From Smutsia gigantea (taxonomy: Eukaryota), in NCBI GenBank assembly GCA_032199065.1, contig JAVSCE010011590.1, positions 172,551-236,550 on the forward strand: a stretch of 64,000 bases of DNA. Direction: 5' to 3'. Numbering within the stretch: position 1 is the first letter of the stretch; each line of letters begins with the position of its first letter. Both the position numbers and the translations under genes were made by a program. This document shows positions 1-11,998 of this stretch, piece by piece. The notes beneath the pieces are model-generated. The model saw only the letters and a program-made list of their open reading frames with translations, ran no database searches and was not told the DNA's origin.

Positions 1-29
1 AACAACTGTAAACAGTCATTAAATTCACA

Positions 30-135
30 AAATCATTAAGAAGACAAGGAGGAGGAAAAGAAGGAGGAGGAGAGAAGAGGGGGAGGACAAGAAGGGGGAA
101 GAAGGAGGAGACAGAAGAGGAAGGAGCGAAAGATG
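30..135. repeat. Purine-rich (GGA/GAA/GAGG)n microsatellite, polypurine/polypyrimidine tract
   Basis: The sequence is almost pure A/G on the plus strand over ~100 bp. This generates the low-complexity reverse ORF 25..216 (SSPSSLLLL...). Confidence 0.8.
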
Positions 136-3100
136 CCTAAGATTCAAATAAATGAGAAGGTAAACCAAAATAGTCAGCTTTTTTCTCAAAGTGTGTTTCA
201 ATTTCATCTGAGCCAATACTGACTGTATTTAACTTCTACTCCTGGTAAACTTTTACCACAGTAAACTAAAGAAAACTTTCCCTTAACACAGCAAAAATTG
301 AATTAGCATCATTTGGGGCCCATGTTGGCCACAAGATGGCAATGTAAGAAAGAGGCTTTAATTTCCTCCTCCAGAGTTCAAGTGTAATCTGAACTTTCAG
401 GACACGAAGTTTATCACTACAGGCAACCTTCACACTATTCCTTACTCTTCACCTAATTACCACTGGCAAGGTTTTTGTATTACATTTAATGATCATTTCA
501 AAGTTATTACTTAAACATACTACAATTATATCCTTATCATGTTCCTTTTCATGCATCAATATGGAGATTTGAAAATTCATGACCTCAGATACAATGTAGC
601 TGTAAAGACAAGATTCATGAGAATTAATGTCCATGGTAAGCACCAAATAAGTGATAGAGTAATGTTAAGAATCATTGTTCAAGGAAGGTTTCATGAAGAA
701 AAGAGGTTGATTTTGAGTGAGCCTTAAAACTGACTCAAAATACTACATTGAAAACTGAAAGATGCTAAGAGATTGGACTTTAAAACTTCTCCCCACAAGA
801 AAAAAAATTATACCTAGGTGTGGTGATGATCTCAAATAGACTTACTGTAATCATTTTACAATATATGTAAATATTAAATCAGGTATACCTGAAACTAGCA
901 TGTTTATGACAATTACATCTCAATAAAAAAAAATGCACTGTCCAACAGGTAACACCACATAGAGCAGTTTAAATTACGTTAAAAACTAAAACCCTGTCAT
1001 ACCAGTCACATTTTAATTGCTCAGTAGCGACATGTGGCTAATGGCTACTATACTGGACAATATAAATATAAAACATTTCCATCATTACAGAAAGTTCTGT
1101 TGGACAACTGTGACTTAAAGGATGCTTATGACTAAAGGAGCTGACAAAAAGTAGTAGCAGCTATCATTCTTAGAAATTCCTACTACCTGTCAGGAACTCT
1201 AGAAATCATGTCACTCAAACTTTATAACAACCCCTTATTTACAAGGAAATTTGACACTCATAGAAATTAAATAAACTCCTTAAGATCACTTAGCTATTAA
1301 GAGCTAGGGTTTAAGTCCAGTTCTGTCGGACCTCCCTGTTTTCACTTCACCATGCTACTTCCTGCACGAAGTAAGAAGCACAGCTACATAGGGCGGTTTA
1401 CTTTAAAAAGTAATGAGAATGACATACTGGCTCAGGAGATAGGAAAGAAACTAAGATGTTTTAAGTACCTCAGGGACATAATCAGTGTTACCTTACCCCT
1501 TTCTTTTCCTACATTTGAATAATGTTTAATTATTCAAAATGTTTTTAGATTAGCAGCATGTGGGATTAACTAAGGAAATGTAGACAGGAAGCAAGATATG
1601 AAGTCAGGTTTCTATAGTTTCAACAATGTCTACCTCAAAACTCCATGATCCAAGTACTTCTTACTGGAGAACAATTATATATTTAAAGGTTCAACTTCTC
1701 TTTCTGTCCCATCTCACAAACTAAACCCAGACTGCAGACAGTCTCCTCTTTGTCCTTGGCACATAGCACAAAGCCTCACACATCAATCCTGATGCTATAT
1801 GTGTGAAGCCTTTCCCGAGTGTGAAGCTCCCTGCAGGATTCTAATCACATTTCAGCAAGTGCCATTCTACCACAGGAAGGCCATTTCATATTCTGAGTTT
1901 TTAGGGAGCTAAAGTAAGTATTTATTAATACCTCATAAACAGTCAATGTTCACTCCTTTTATTTCCCCTGTGGGAAGTAAGTGCTTCAAAGTACTGGTGC
2001 TCATGGCCAAAAGGTACATTTATATATGTGAACAGATGCTTCATGAAAGCCTGATACAAACTACAAATTGATAATCTCAATCAGCTGATGTTTCCATTTT
2101 AAATTATATTACTGCTCAATTTTACTCAGTACCTACTGTGGGCCTAGCATTATGGGATACAACAATAATTCAAAGAACCTCTTCTCTTCTTTAGATAAAA
2201 AACACATATACATGTGACAAAGAGAACGCTTTAATGCATCATATCTCAAGTACTTGCCTTTATGGTCCCATTAGCCTTTGACCATTCCTGCTGCAAATTT
2301 CTAAATCCAAGTCCACCTGACTTTTAGGGGCTCCACAGCAGATGGATACCACCTACCTCTTAGGACTGTTGTGTAGAATAAGTGAGGTAAAATAAATATA
2401 AAATACTCTGCACAGTAGCTGGCATGTAGATATTGTGGCTAAAAATTTCAACACTTTCACAATTACCTTGAAGCCAGGAAAGTCATTCTATTCATAATGG
2501 CCTTTCCAAAGCCAAGATACCTTGTCTTTCAGAAAAAAAAAAAAGAAAAAAGAAAAATCTGCTTCCCCCTTCTCCTCATTCCTATTTAACAATGGAGACT
2601 CCGATATATTCTATATAGTAAATCTTTAACAACAAAAGCATCTTTCTATTGGAAAGAAACTAATTTTTCTCCCCATCAGCAAAACCTCCTAACTGGAAAA
2701 CTAGAGTTTAACAACACATGATCTTAGCCTTTTAAGACCTCTAAAATAAATAGTTTTGGCAGAATTCCCATAGGCCCTTATTTTACATGTTTACATCCCA
2801 AAAACATTTCGGTTTTTCCTAACTTAATGCTAAAATATGAGCTTACTCAATGTCATAGTTTCAGAAAGATATCCAGGCTGTCTTTTGCTAAATAAACACT
2901 GGAAATGTGGCTTCTCCAGCTCATGCCGTTATTCCTTCTCAACAATGAATGTGTGTTTCACAGCAGAATAAACCACCCCCCTTCCTTAAACTGAAGTGGG
3001 CAAAAATATATTCACATAAGAGCCATCAGCATGTTTTTGCTTTTGATAGAAAAATCCTTTTTTGATCAGTCTAGATATTTAGGGTTTTGGTTGGTTTCTA

Positions 3101-3839
3101 GTCATCACTGTGTGCACAAACTGAATACAAGTAACAGGAAACACTGCATATTTAAAGTCCTTATAAACTACGCATCAAAGCCTGACTGAAACACGACATG
3201 TGACAACTGACTTATGTACATTATTCATTTGGGGAAAATAACAAGATTGTAAACTACCTAAATGTCCACCAATAAAGGTTTAATAAATTATGGTATGTAT
3301 ATACATTAGTTTACTATACTGTACTACTTTTACTATACTATAACGAATACAGACCTTTATTTACTCACTTGGAAATCTGAAGGGGGAAAAGAAAGGTACA
3401 TGGTAGAGTATGTATAGCAGAGAGAAGGGTTAAATATATGTATTTGCTTATATCCCCATAAAACTATTTTAGGAAGGATACACAAGAAACTCAACAGTGT
3501 TATTGGGGAGGAAAATCAGGTGGCTTAGGAGACTTCGTTTTATATATACACTCTGATCCCTCTTGTCTCGAACCATGTGAATGTTCATGAATAACCTCTT
3601 CAAAAAATAACATTAACTAAACAATAAAGCTTGAGCATTACAATGATTATGGGAGGTCTATAAGTGGCTATTACTACATCCCATCCATCCACTAATCTTT
3701 CTCACCTTCTGCCTGTTAGGCTAACCAACACAGTGATTATATTCAAACTAACGTATAGCGAAGAGAAAAATGGAAATCTGGTGAAATTATAGTCAAGGTC
3801 ACCAGGCAAAACTTTTCATGAGGAAAAAAGATATCCAAA

Positions 3840-4020
3840 ATATTCACTGCTTACTTCTAGAAGGTGCCTAGCATTTATTACATACTGACTAGTGCCTGAC
3901 CTTCCTATATTTTGATCTTCAAAAGCTGAGCCTCAGAATGGTTCAGTTCACTGACTCACCCAAGGTCACTGGCGTAAACTGAGGCACGAGAATTTGATTT
4001 AGGTTTGCACTGAGATAAGG
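3840..4020 (-). repeat. MIR-like SINE remnant (approximate limits)
   Basis: It contains ggtgcctagcatttattacatactgactagtgcctg, which resembles the reverse complement of the MIR core (cagtgcctggcacatagtaagcgctcaataaatg). Flanking gagcctcag / cactgac motifs are also present. Confidence 0.35.
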
Positions 4021-7000
4021 CCCCTGATCTTTTTCAATACATCTTAAGCTTTTTAGGGCACCTTAAACACAGTGGTGCTTTAAATTTGGGCGCTCCTCTT
4101 AGGGCTCACTAAAATCATCCGACTTCAGAGTTTGCCACCTAGTCTCACTAGGAAAGCCAGGACGCGCTGAGCAAAGCCCAGGGCAAGGACCACGTCCACC
4201 ACAGCTCCCACAAACCTAATTAGGACTTGGGCCCTGCCCACACAGAATTAAAACTACTGGTCTGAACTCTTCCCAAGATCTACCCTCACCCAGGGAGATA
4301 ATTCAAAACATCAGAATAACAATACCTTCCCCTCCAAGCAATATGAACTCAGACGTTTTCCAGGAACACGAGCACACTGCACATGAAGCAGAGACTACTG
4401 GTCCTGGGTCACCAAATCTCAGGGAAGGTAGACCCAGGACTGCAGAGGCCCACGTGGAAACAAGCCAGGCAGTGCAGATGCACTGCCTTCCCCCATCTCC
4501 ACAGCCGAAATTAATCGCCTCAGGACTCACACACACTACAATGCTTGCTCAAAGGACAGGCCTGCAAACAGGATACAAGGCTCGAAGGGCAGAGAAACTC
4601 AAAACAATTAGGGAGCAAAATTAAGTTGAAACTCACCAGCCCACCTCCAAAACGGAAAGAAAGTGGAGAGACGGGAAGTGGCTTTGAGAAATGGTCTCAG
4701 AGCCTGATTGGCTAATGAATTAAAGGCGGATTACCTCCTTCTTTACCTTAAAAGGTGCTGAAATCACTCAAGCCCCTCCTTCACTTACTGGTCTCCTGAG
4801 GGACCAGTGATGCTACTTGCACTGTTTTTAGACTGCATTTTTAAAACCAAGTTTCCTTTTGAGGAATAAGTTTAGCACAGGCAAACACAGGCTAATTTAA
4901 GCTATTTACACACATTCTTATTTAGATGGACCTAGTACAAACAATTTTCATTGCTTTAGGATAATTTCCCACCCCTTTTGTTACTTCAATATGGTTAATT
5001 TATGCAAGGTAATGGGTTATAAACACTGTAGATCCAATCAAGTTAGAATTTACCTTCAGGGTAATATGCCAGTTCACAGGCTTAGTGGATAAAAAGATGG
5101 GTGGTTAAAGGCTTAGGCTTTGGAGTAAAATTTAGGTGTACAAACAAGCCTTGTTGAACTCAACTCACTCTTGCCTTTCTAGTTACTTCTTCAGCATTTA
5201 CTACCCCTAGCTCAAATTCCTTTGTCTTGTCAATTCTTCACAAATTTGTTCTCTGTCTAAATGGTATAAAAACTTCCTGCACTATTCACTTCTTCAGGTC
5301 TTCATTCTTTTGTGAAAGTCTCCACGTACACGTGAGAATTCAATAAAATTTATATGCCTTTCTCCTGTTAATCTGTCTTTGTCACTTTAATTTTCAGAGG
5401 CAGCCAGGGATCCTAAAAGGGTTGAAGAAAACTTGTTCTTCCCTTACAGGAGGAAATGAAAATCTCTGTTTCAAAGTGCTGCACAAGGATATTCTGGGAC
5501 ATGTTCCACATAAATTGTGGTAGTTTCCAGGGTATTTTCTAGCTGCACAATCTGGAATAAATGTCTGAAACTGAGACTCAATTTTCTCCTTTGTATCATG
5601 AGCATAGTAACATCTATCTCCCTAACATATTTACAAATATATGAAAGAGCCTAGCATAATGACTAGCCACAAGACATGCTAAATTCATGTCCTCCTACCT
5701 TTCTTGCTCATTCTCCAGCTCTATACATAAAGGAGATGAAAAAGCAAGTAACTGCTTGTGTGAGTTTACTTATGCTGTTCTACTTGTCTATACATCACAC
5801 AATTCTTTGTGGGCGCAAGTAAACCAATGAAAGTCAGTTTTTGCTCCTAAATTCTGTGTGGTCACCAACCTACACTCACCCATCATGTCCTGCTTCTTCA
5901 CAGTAGCAAGTTACATGGTAGATTTTATTCTAATACAGTGAGAGATGCCGTGGATCCTTTTGGAACCCCAGAAGGATGAGTGTAGGGCTCTTTGAAATCA
6001 CTGTGGGAGAACTACCTTAGTAAAAAGCTTTGGAATACCAAGATAACAAAGGCAGAGATGCACAAATCCTATGTGTTTTAAGAGTTGAAAAGGAAAAGCT
6101 CCCCAGTCTCTAACGTGTCCTGGAGAAGGGAATGAAGAAAGGCTCTGGGTCCTAAGTCCATTGGGTTGCTAATACAGAAATCAGCTGACTCTACAATCCT
6201 GCAAGGGGATATTAAAAATGTGGAGCCTTGAGAGTCTCTAAGTGAGACATTCTTGTCCTTGCTTAGCATTAAACAAGTCATCTGGCCTCAAAGAAACTTG
6301 ATGATCTATCTATGCAATGATCTGCTTGAGTGAGATCATCATTTCGGCCGCATAAGAGAGTGAGGCCACACCTTGTGAGGGAAAAGCAGTGAAGTGGAGA
6401 ACTAACTCATCAGACTGTGTTTTGGGATGGATGTGGGAGTCACAACCATAGAACTTCTTGGACAATTCAAGGGAATAGAGAGCCATGTTGTTCTTACTAA
6501 CACATTGGGAGACAAATCTCCCCACCCTCCAAACACTCTCTGAATTTGTGGAAGAATTCATGTTGGTTACATATCTACAGTCACCAAATGATATAAAGAT
6601 TATACAGTATCTCAGATTTAACCCATTATCCCCAATTCTTGCTGGTACCATTATAAACAAAAACAAAAAAGCAAAAGACAGCAAACAAAACTGCCCCCAA
6701 CACCCCTTTTCAGAAACCTCCCTTCTCATGCCCTCAGTCACCTCCTGTGGCAGCTTCTCTGTTGCTCCTGCACTAATATTTCTCTTCATCTCTCCTTCAC
6801 TTCCATTCTTCCTTCTGGCATGAAGTCCCTGAAGTCTCTGATCTTGAGATACTGGGATGAATATTAGGCCATTTTGGTTTCATCACAGTCCTTCTTCGCC
6901 AGGCTTTTTAGCTAAGTCCTTCCTTCTTCTCTGGACCTCTGATTTCTTCCCCTACCCACTTAAGCCATCCGTACTCATGTGATAGCTCTTTTCTTCTTTC

Positions 7001-7189
7001 TTCCCCATTGGTCAGGCTTTGGGGGTCTTCTGAAACTTTGCTACTATTTTATTTCAGAAGTCGAACAAATTTATCACAAATTTAAAACATCAGATTTTTT
7101 TCTAATGATTTAAGCTCCTTAAAAAGCACACAAAAAAATATAATGATTACAAGGCCAAAGAGTAAATTTACATTTACACTCTGCAAATA

Positions 7190-7300
7190 CTACTGTTTAG
7201 ATTTTTCATCTCTTCTTTTTTCCCTTTATCTTCTTCCTCCTCTCTTCCTCTTCATTTTTCTTCTGCTCCTATTTCTTCTCATTATATTTTATGTGTTTCT
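7190..7300. repeat. CT-rich polypyrimidine low-complexity tract
   Basis: tcttctttttccctttatcttcttcctcctctcttcctcttcatttttcttctgctcctatttcttctc produces the FLLLLF low-complexity ORF 7143..7355. Confidence 0.7.
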
Positions 7301-8309
7301 GGATTTCAGAAAATTTTCTACATACTATTTCTACACCTTCTTGGAACTCAGATAAAGAAAATAAATCATATCTATTTATAAATTGCTTCAGCCATTTGAG
7401 GTTGCATGATCTTATGTATGAACCAGATGATTCTTTATCGGGACATGAGTGATAGTTGCTCCGTCCAATGTGACACAAACCCAAACAATTGGTCATTAGG
7501 AAAAATCCCTTTCTATTTTAAAAGCTTACTGTTTTAATCTCAGGTATCATAAATTCCTTTTTATAGATGTTACTTTTTGAAAAGTGTAGACTTTCCCAGA
7601 AATCATGCACTTTCACATTTAGCTTGACGAATCCATTTCCCTGTCATTATAATATGTTGAGCTAGACTGCAGATAGAATCGAAAATGTAAATCAATCTCA
7701 GGAATATTGTATTATAATTAGTAATATCATCTAAAACATTCACTTACTAGGATATGAAGTCTTGATGTGCACAGTTAGTTCTTCTCTTTAGTTATACTTA
7801 TTTGACTAATTTATCATTTCTTCCTTATTGTATCTTCATTTATTATGACAATTTTAAGCATACAGAAAAGCAGAGAGAAGCATGTAATAGGCATCTATAC
7901 CTAGATTATTACCTAGTTTTAATAATTGCCTATATTTTCTCATATTTGTTCATTTGATTATTTTGGCTGAAGTATTTTAAAGCAAATTCCTGATATCATG
8001 ACATTTCACCCTAAATACTATAGCATGCATTATTTAAAAGGTAAATTCTTTTTATCATAATTGCAATACCACTGTCACATCTAGTATATAATTCCCTAAA
8101 ATCACCTAATACTTAGTCCAAATATACATACCCCAGTTGCTCCCAAATAATCTATAATTGCTGGTTGTTTAAAAAAGCATCCAAATACCAACTACTGCAT
8201 TTGGTCTTTGTGCCTCAAATGTCTCTAATCTAGAATAGTGCCAACCTTATTATTTTTTCATGTAACAATAAGTTACTGAAGAGAGTAGGTCAATTGACCT
8301 GTCGAATAC

Positions 8310-9215
8310 TTTTTTTTTGATACCATTAATATACAATTACATGAGCAACATTGTGGTTACTATATTCCCTCCATTATCAAGTCCCCACCACATACCCCAT
8401 TACAGTCACTGTCCATTAGCGTAGTAAGATGCTATAGAATCACTACTTGTCTTCTCTGTGCTATACTGCCTTCCCCATGCTCCCCCACTACATTATGTGT
8501 GAAAATCATAATGCCCCTTTTCCCCCTTATCCCTCCCTTCCCACCCCTCTTCCCCAGTCCCTTTCCCTTTGCTAACTCTTAGTCCATTCTTGGGTTCTGT
8601 GAGTCTGCTGCTATTTTGTTCCTTCAGTTTTTGCTTTGTTCTTATACTCCACATATGAGTGAAATTATTTGATACTTGTCTTTCTTTGCCTGGCTTATTT
8701 CACTGAGCAGAATACCCTCTAGCTCCATCCATGTTGTTGCAAACAGTAGGATTTGTTTTCTTCTTATGGCTGAATAATATTCCGTTGTGTATATGTACCA
8801 CCTCTTCTTTATCCATTCATCTACTGATGGACACTTAGGTTGCTTCCATTTCTTGTCTATTGTAAATAGTGCTGTGATAGCATATGTCTTTTTCAAACTG
8901 GGCTGCTGCATTCTTAGGGTAAATTCCTAGGAGTGGGATTCCTGGGTCAAATGGTATTTCTATTCTGAGTTTTTTGAGGAACCTCCATACTGCTTTCCAC
9001 AATGGTTGAACTAATTTACATTCCCACCAGCAGTGTAGGAGGGTTGCCCTTTCTCCACATCCTCGCCAACCTTTGTTGTTGTTTGTGTTTTGGATGTTGG
9101 CCATCCTCACTGATGTGAGGTGATATCTCATTGTGGTTTTAATCTGCATTTCTCTGATGATTAGTGATGTGGAGCATCTTTTCATGTGCCTGTTGGCCAT
9201 CTGAATTTCTTCTTT
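8310..9215 (-). mobile_element. 5'-truncated L1 (LINE-1) 3' fragment: 3' part of ORF2 plus 3'UTR, poly(A) seen as a T9 run at 8310-8318
   Basis: Reverse ORFs 8835..9200 and 8642..8911 translate to [29 protein letters not shown]...ELEGILLSEISQAKKDKYQIISLICGV. This is the C-terminus of L1 ORF2 seen in the full-length copy at 21.5-27 kb. 8319-8640 is the reverse complement of that copy's 3'UTR (26650-26990). A possible TSD GAATAC(T)n occurs at 8304-8309 and 9219-9224. Confidence 0.8.
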
Positions 9216-10353
9216 GTGGAATACTTTTTTACTTGCATTTTTATACTATGTGAGCCTATCCCCATGTACTTGCTTATCATAATGAAAACTGTTTATTCAT
9301 ATTTTTTTGCGCACTTACCTACAGAAGTTTTGGGTTATCTTATGACTTCAAAACAGTTCTTTATATGTTAAGTACATTTAATTCAATTTTTAAACACTCT
9401 GTAGCTTTCCTTGTGCTTTTCCTCAAATTCTTTCTTTTTATTTAAGAATTGTTAACCTGAAAAATAAAACAGGTTTTTCACCAGTAAAAATGGGTTTATT
9501 TGGGAATGGCAGAGAATTGCAGTTTGGGACATGCAAGCTACAGCAAAACCGTAAGAAAGTCCAACAAAGGAGATGAACCCATTGTTTTATGGAGAAGGAG
9601 AAAGTTGGGAGGTATTGTTCTGAATCAAAGTCCATTAGAGAAAAGAGTTCAGGGCCATGACGATTTCTCTTTGGCTGAGTTACAGGACTACTCAGCTACT
9701 TGCAGGAGATGCAATGTACATCTTTCCTGCTGGGGCCTGTAACTGATGATTTTCCAGTTGATTATTCTTCTGTTGAAATATGTAATTAATCATTCTTCCT
9801 GTAATTGATGTGCAAGTATGGCTTCTCCTAGCCTCGCAATTCCACTTCAGTGAGGTTTCGTTTTAATTTTCACACCAACTAGACTATAAACTCCATCAAG
9901 ACAATGAATCACGTCTATTTTGGTTAACATATTGTCTCCCCAGAACGCAGCAAGGTGTCCAATAAATATTTAAGTAATGAATGTATAAATACTCATCTTC
10001 ATCTGTATAATGAAAATCAGTATCAGAATTACCTGGGGTTCTCATTAAGAATGCAGTCTCGGGGTATCAGGAATCTGTTAAGCACACTGCCCCACCTTCC
10101 GTGGGGTGGTGGCACCCAAGCATTTAAAAACGCCTGCCCAATGTCACCAATTGCCTTTCTACATCTCGTTTACCAGATTTCCGTGCCTTCAGAGGCTCCC
10201 GAGTTCATTAGCATTCTGGTGCATCCCCTCCCACTTTCTGAAGGGCTGCGGTTTTTCCTACCCTCTTCCCTGGTCAAGTTCCGCACTTCTCAAACCTTCA
10301 CTTATCTGCTCTCTAATAATGCGTGTAACTTTTTTTGGCCGGAGCTTTTCTTC

Positions 10354-10357
10354 AAAA
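10354..10357 (-). terminator. RPPH1: Pol III terminator (TTTT on minus strand) directly after the RPPH1 3' end
   Basis: Plus-strand aaaa at 10354-10357 lies immediately 3' of the H1 RNA end (...CTCCCCCGTCCTC). In human, H1 RNA likewise ends before a T-run. Confidence 0.7.
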
Positions 10358-10696
10358 GAGGACGGGGGAGAGTAGTCTGAATTGGGTTATGAAGCCCCCG
10401 TGTGGGGTACCTCACCTCAGCCATTGAACTCACTTCGCCGGCCGTGAGTCTGTTCCAAGCTCCGGCTAAGGAGGCATCCGCCAGGCCCTTCCCTGGGGTT
10501 GGGTCCGTGGCATCTCCTGCCCAGTCTGCCCTCGCGCGGAGCCCCACTCTCTGGGAACTCACCTCCCCGACACTCAGGGAGGACCCTGTTAGGGCCGCTT
10601 CTGGCCCAAGTCTCAGACCTTCCCAGGGGACAAGAAGTAGAGTGACACAGAACACTCAGCGTGTAGCCCCAACGATGAGCTTCCCTCCGCCCTACG
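10358..10696 (-). ncRNA. RPPH1: RNase P RNA component H1 (RPPH1), ~339 nt, Pol III transcript
   Basis: The reverse complement of 10358-10696 aligns along its whole length with human H1 RNA as I recall it. The 5' end GGGCGGAGGGAAGCTCATCG... matches, as do the CR-I and CR-V regions, and the 3' end ...CATAACCCAATTCAGACTACTCTCC.... It sits head-to-head with PARP2 exactly as in human and mouse. Confidence 0.92.
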
Positions 10697-10718
10697 GGAA
10701 CAAGCGGCCCTACCCGCA

Positions 10719-10727
10719 TTTATAAGG
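10719..10727 (-). promoter_or_regulatory. RPPH1: TATA-like box of the type-3 Pol III promoter (CCTTATAAA on minus strand), -23 to -31 from the RPPH1 TSS
   Basis: Plus tttataagg is the reverse complement of CTTATAAAT. The same element and spacing are present in the human H1 promoter (...GGAATCTTATAAGTTCTG...). Confidence 0.85.
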
Positions 10728-10741
10728 CTCTCCCTGCTGAA

Positions 10742-10762
10742 GACATTTAACGATTATGGTGA
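10742..10762 (-). promoter_or_regulatory. RPPH1: Proximal sequence element (PSE, SNAPc site) of the H1 promoter
   Basis: Minus strand reads TCACCATAATCGTTAAATGTC. Human H1 PSE is TCACCATAAACGTGAAATGTC, which is near-identical. Confidence 0.85.
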
Positions 10763-10783
10763 CTTCCCACAACACATAGCTAC

Positions 10784-10791
10784 ATGCAAAT
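10784..10791 (-). promoter_or_regulatory. RPPH1: Octamer (Oct-1) motif ATTTGCAT of the H1 distal element
   Basis: Plus atgcaaat is the reverse complement of ATTTGCAT. The following GCTATGTGTTGTGGGAAGTCACC matches human ATATTTGCATGTCGCTATGTGTTCTGGGAAATCACC. Confidence 0.85.
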
Positions 10792-10929
10792 ACAGCGCGT
10801 TCTGCCACCCCTGTTGCGCGTAGACGTCTCCTCCCCTGGACGCGCAGGCGCTGCGTGTTCCCTCCCTGTGACTCTAGGCCGGCGACTACAGCAGCGGGCT
10901 GATGACGTGAGCGCGACCGCTCGGGCTCC

Positions 10930-10972
10930 ATGGCGGCTCGGCGGCGGAGGACGAGAGGCTGCGTACCGCGAG
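10930..10972 (+). CDS. PARP2: PARP2 coding exon 1 (MAARRRRTRGCVPR, phase 0 -> 1); 5'UTR starts a few tens of bp upstream, TSS not determinable
   Basis: ATGGCGGCTCGGCGGCGGAGG encodes MAARRRR, the PARP2 N-terminus. The donor CGAG|gttccg leaves 1 nt that completes Ala with exon 2. Confidence 0.85.
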
Positions 10973-11845
10973 GTTCCGAGCGCGTAGTGTGGGCGAATGC
11001 TGGGGGGCGGGCGTCAGGAAAGGTTCCCTCCGCCCTAGCTCTTCCCCTTTGCGTCGCCCTCTGACCCGCAGTTGATACCCAGCTAGGTTTAGTGGTAAAT
11101 TTTTTAAATTTCGGTTTTAAGAGATTTTTACATTACAATTGTGTATAAGGACCTGTGGACCTGTAACAACTAACATAGTGCCAGCACCGATTTAAATACC
11201 TATTGTCATCCAATTAAAAAAATTAATTGTAAGGTGCATCATTATTTTATGTACCACTAAGAAAGGAAAAACGCTATGAATTAAAATGTGAGTCACAGCT
11301 TATAATGTCATCCATTGAAGGATGCATCCCAATTTGAGATGGTAAAATTCAAGTCTTAGAAGGATGAAATGTCATACTCTCTGTGTTCTATATTCTTAAA
11401 TGTGTAGGTGCACCCTGCCATTTTGGTACCATCGCGGTGTTCTGGATTTTACAGTTGGGGCAACAGGGTTCCGCAGGTATTAGAGACAGCTCTGGGCCCT
11501 AAGCTGTGACTCCAGAGCGCTCTGACCATGATCTCATACCACCTTAGGTAGTTTGAGGATAGGTGTTGGGGCACAAGTAAACGGAAGAGAGAAGGGAGAC
11601 TTACGCCTCAGGTCATGAACCCGCAAGATCCCTGGGGCTCGCTCTCTCTGCTAGAATAGCACTTGAGGAAGCGAGTACTCAGACTATTATCAAGTACAGT
11701 AGTGTGGCAGTTATTTTTTTTATACTTACAAAACTGTCTTAAACCATTTCTTTAAAAAGATGGTGTTTTTTTTTCAAAGATTCAGTGTGTACTCTTTTTT
11801 TTTTTTTTTTGCTTCTTTGCCCATTCTTGCCCATAGCTTCTGTAG

Positions 11846-11998
11846 CATTAAATGAAGTGGAAAGAGTTAATGATGGCAATACAACTACAGAAGACCCTTC
11901 TCCTGCAAAGAGAACTCGAAGATGCCAGAGGCAGGGGGTGAAAACGCAGCCTGTTGCTGGAGAAGAGGCCGATAATGACAGGACAGAAGACAAGCAAG
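11846..11998 (+). CDS. PARP2: PARP2 exon 2 (ALNEVERVNDGNTTTEDPSPAKRTRRCQRQGVKTQPVAGEEADNDRTEDKQ)
   Basis: The acceptor is a T22 polypyrimidine tract followed by ctgtag|CA. The donor is CAAG|gtcagc. The peptide matches the human PARP2 N-terminal DNA-binding/NLS region. It overlaps plus ORF 11785..12045. Confidence 0.88.

Larger units (their letters stand above)
10400..11060. promoter_or_regulatory. CpG island and bidirectional RPPH1 (Pol III, minus) / PARP2 (Pol II, plus) promoter; PARP2 appears TATA-less
   Basis: CpG density is high here (cgcgcgg, gacgcgcaggcgctgcg, ggcggctcggcggcgg, ccgcgaggttccgagcgcg), unlike the CpG-depleted flanks. Only 234 bp separate the RPPH1 +1 (10696) and the PARP2 ATG (10930). 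Confidence 0.75.

Noticed and set aside
4303-4624. Plus ORF 4343..4624 (93 aa) and minus ORF 4303..4536 as possible exons of an upstream gene (for example CCNB1IP1)
   Set aside because: I found no recognisable protein similarity. The composition is low-complexity and Pro/Thr/Gln-rich, and no splice-site support was found. By synteny the region should hold only non-coding 5' exons or intergenic sequence.
6310-6823. Overlapping ORFs 6310..6789 (-) 159 aa and 6485..6823 (+) 112 aa
   Set aside because: Both are low-complexity (FLFLF.., KNKKAKD..) and lie in AT-rich repeat-like sequence. There is no homology or splice support, so they are probably chance ORFs.
10784-10987. Plus ORF 10784..10987 (67 aa) overlapping the H1 promoter and PARP2 exon 1 as a uORF or alternative PARP2 start
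   Set aside because: It is in a different frame from the conserved MAARRRR start. It begins inside the Pol III octamer/PSE region upstream of any plausible PARP2 TSS, and its peptide is an Arg/Gly-rich artefact of the CpG island.
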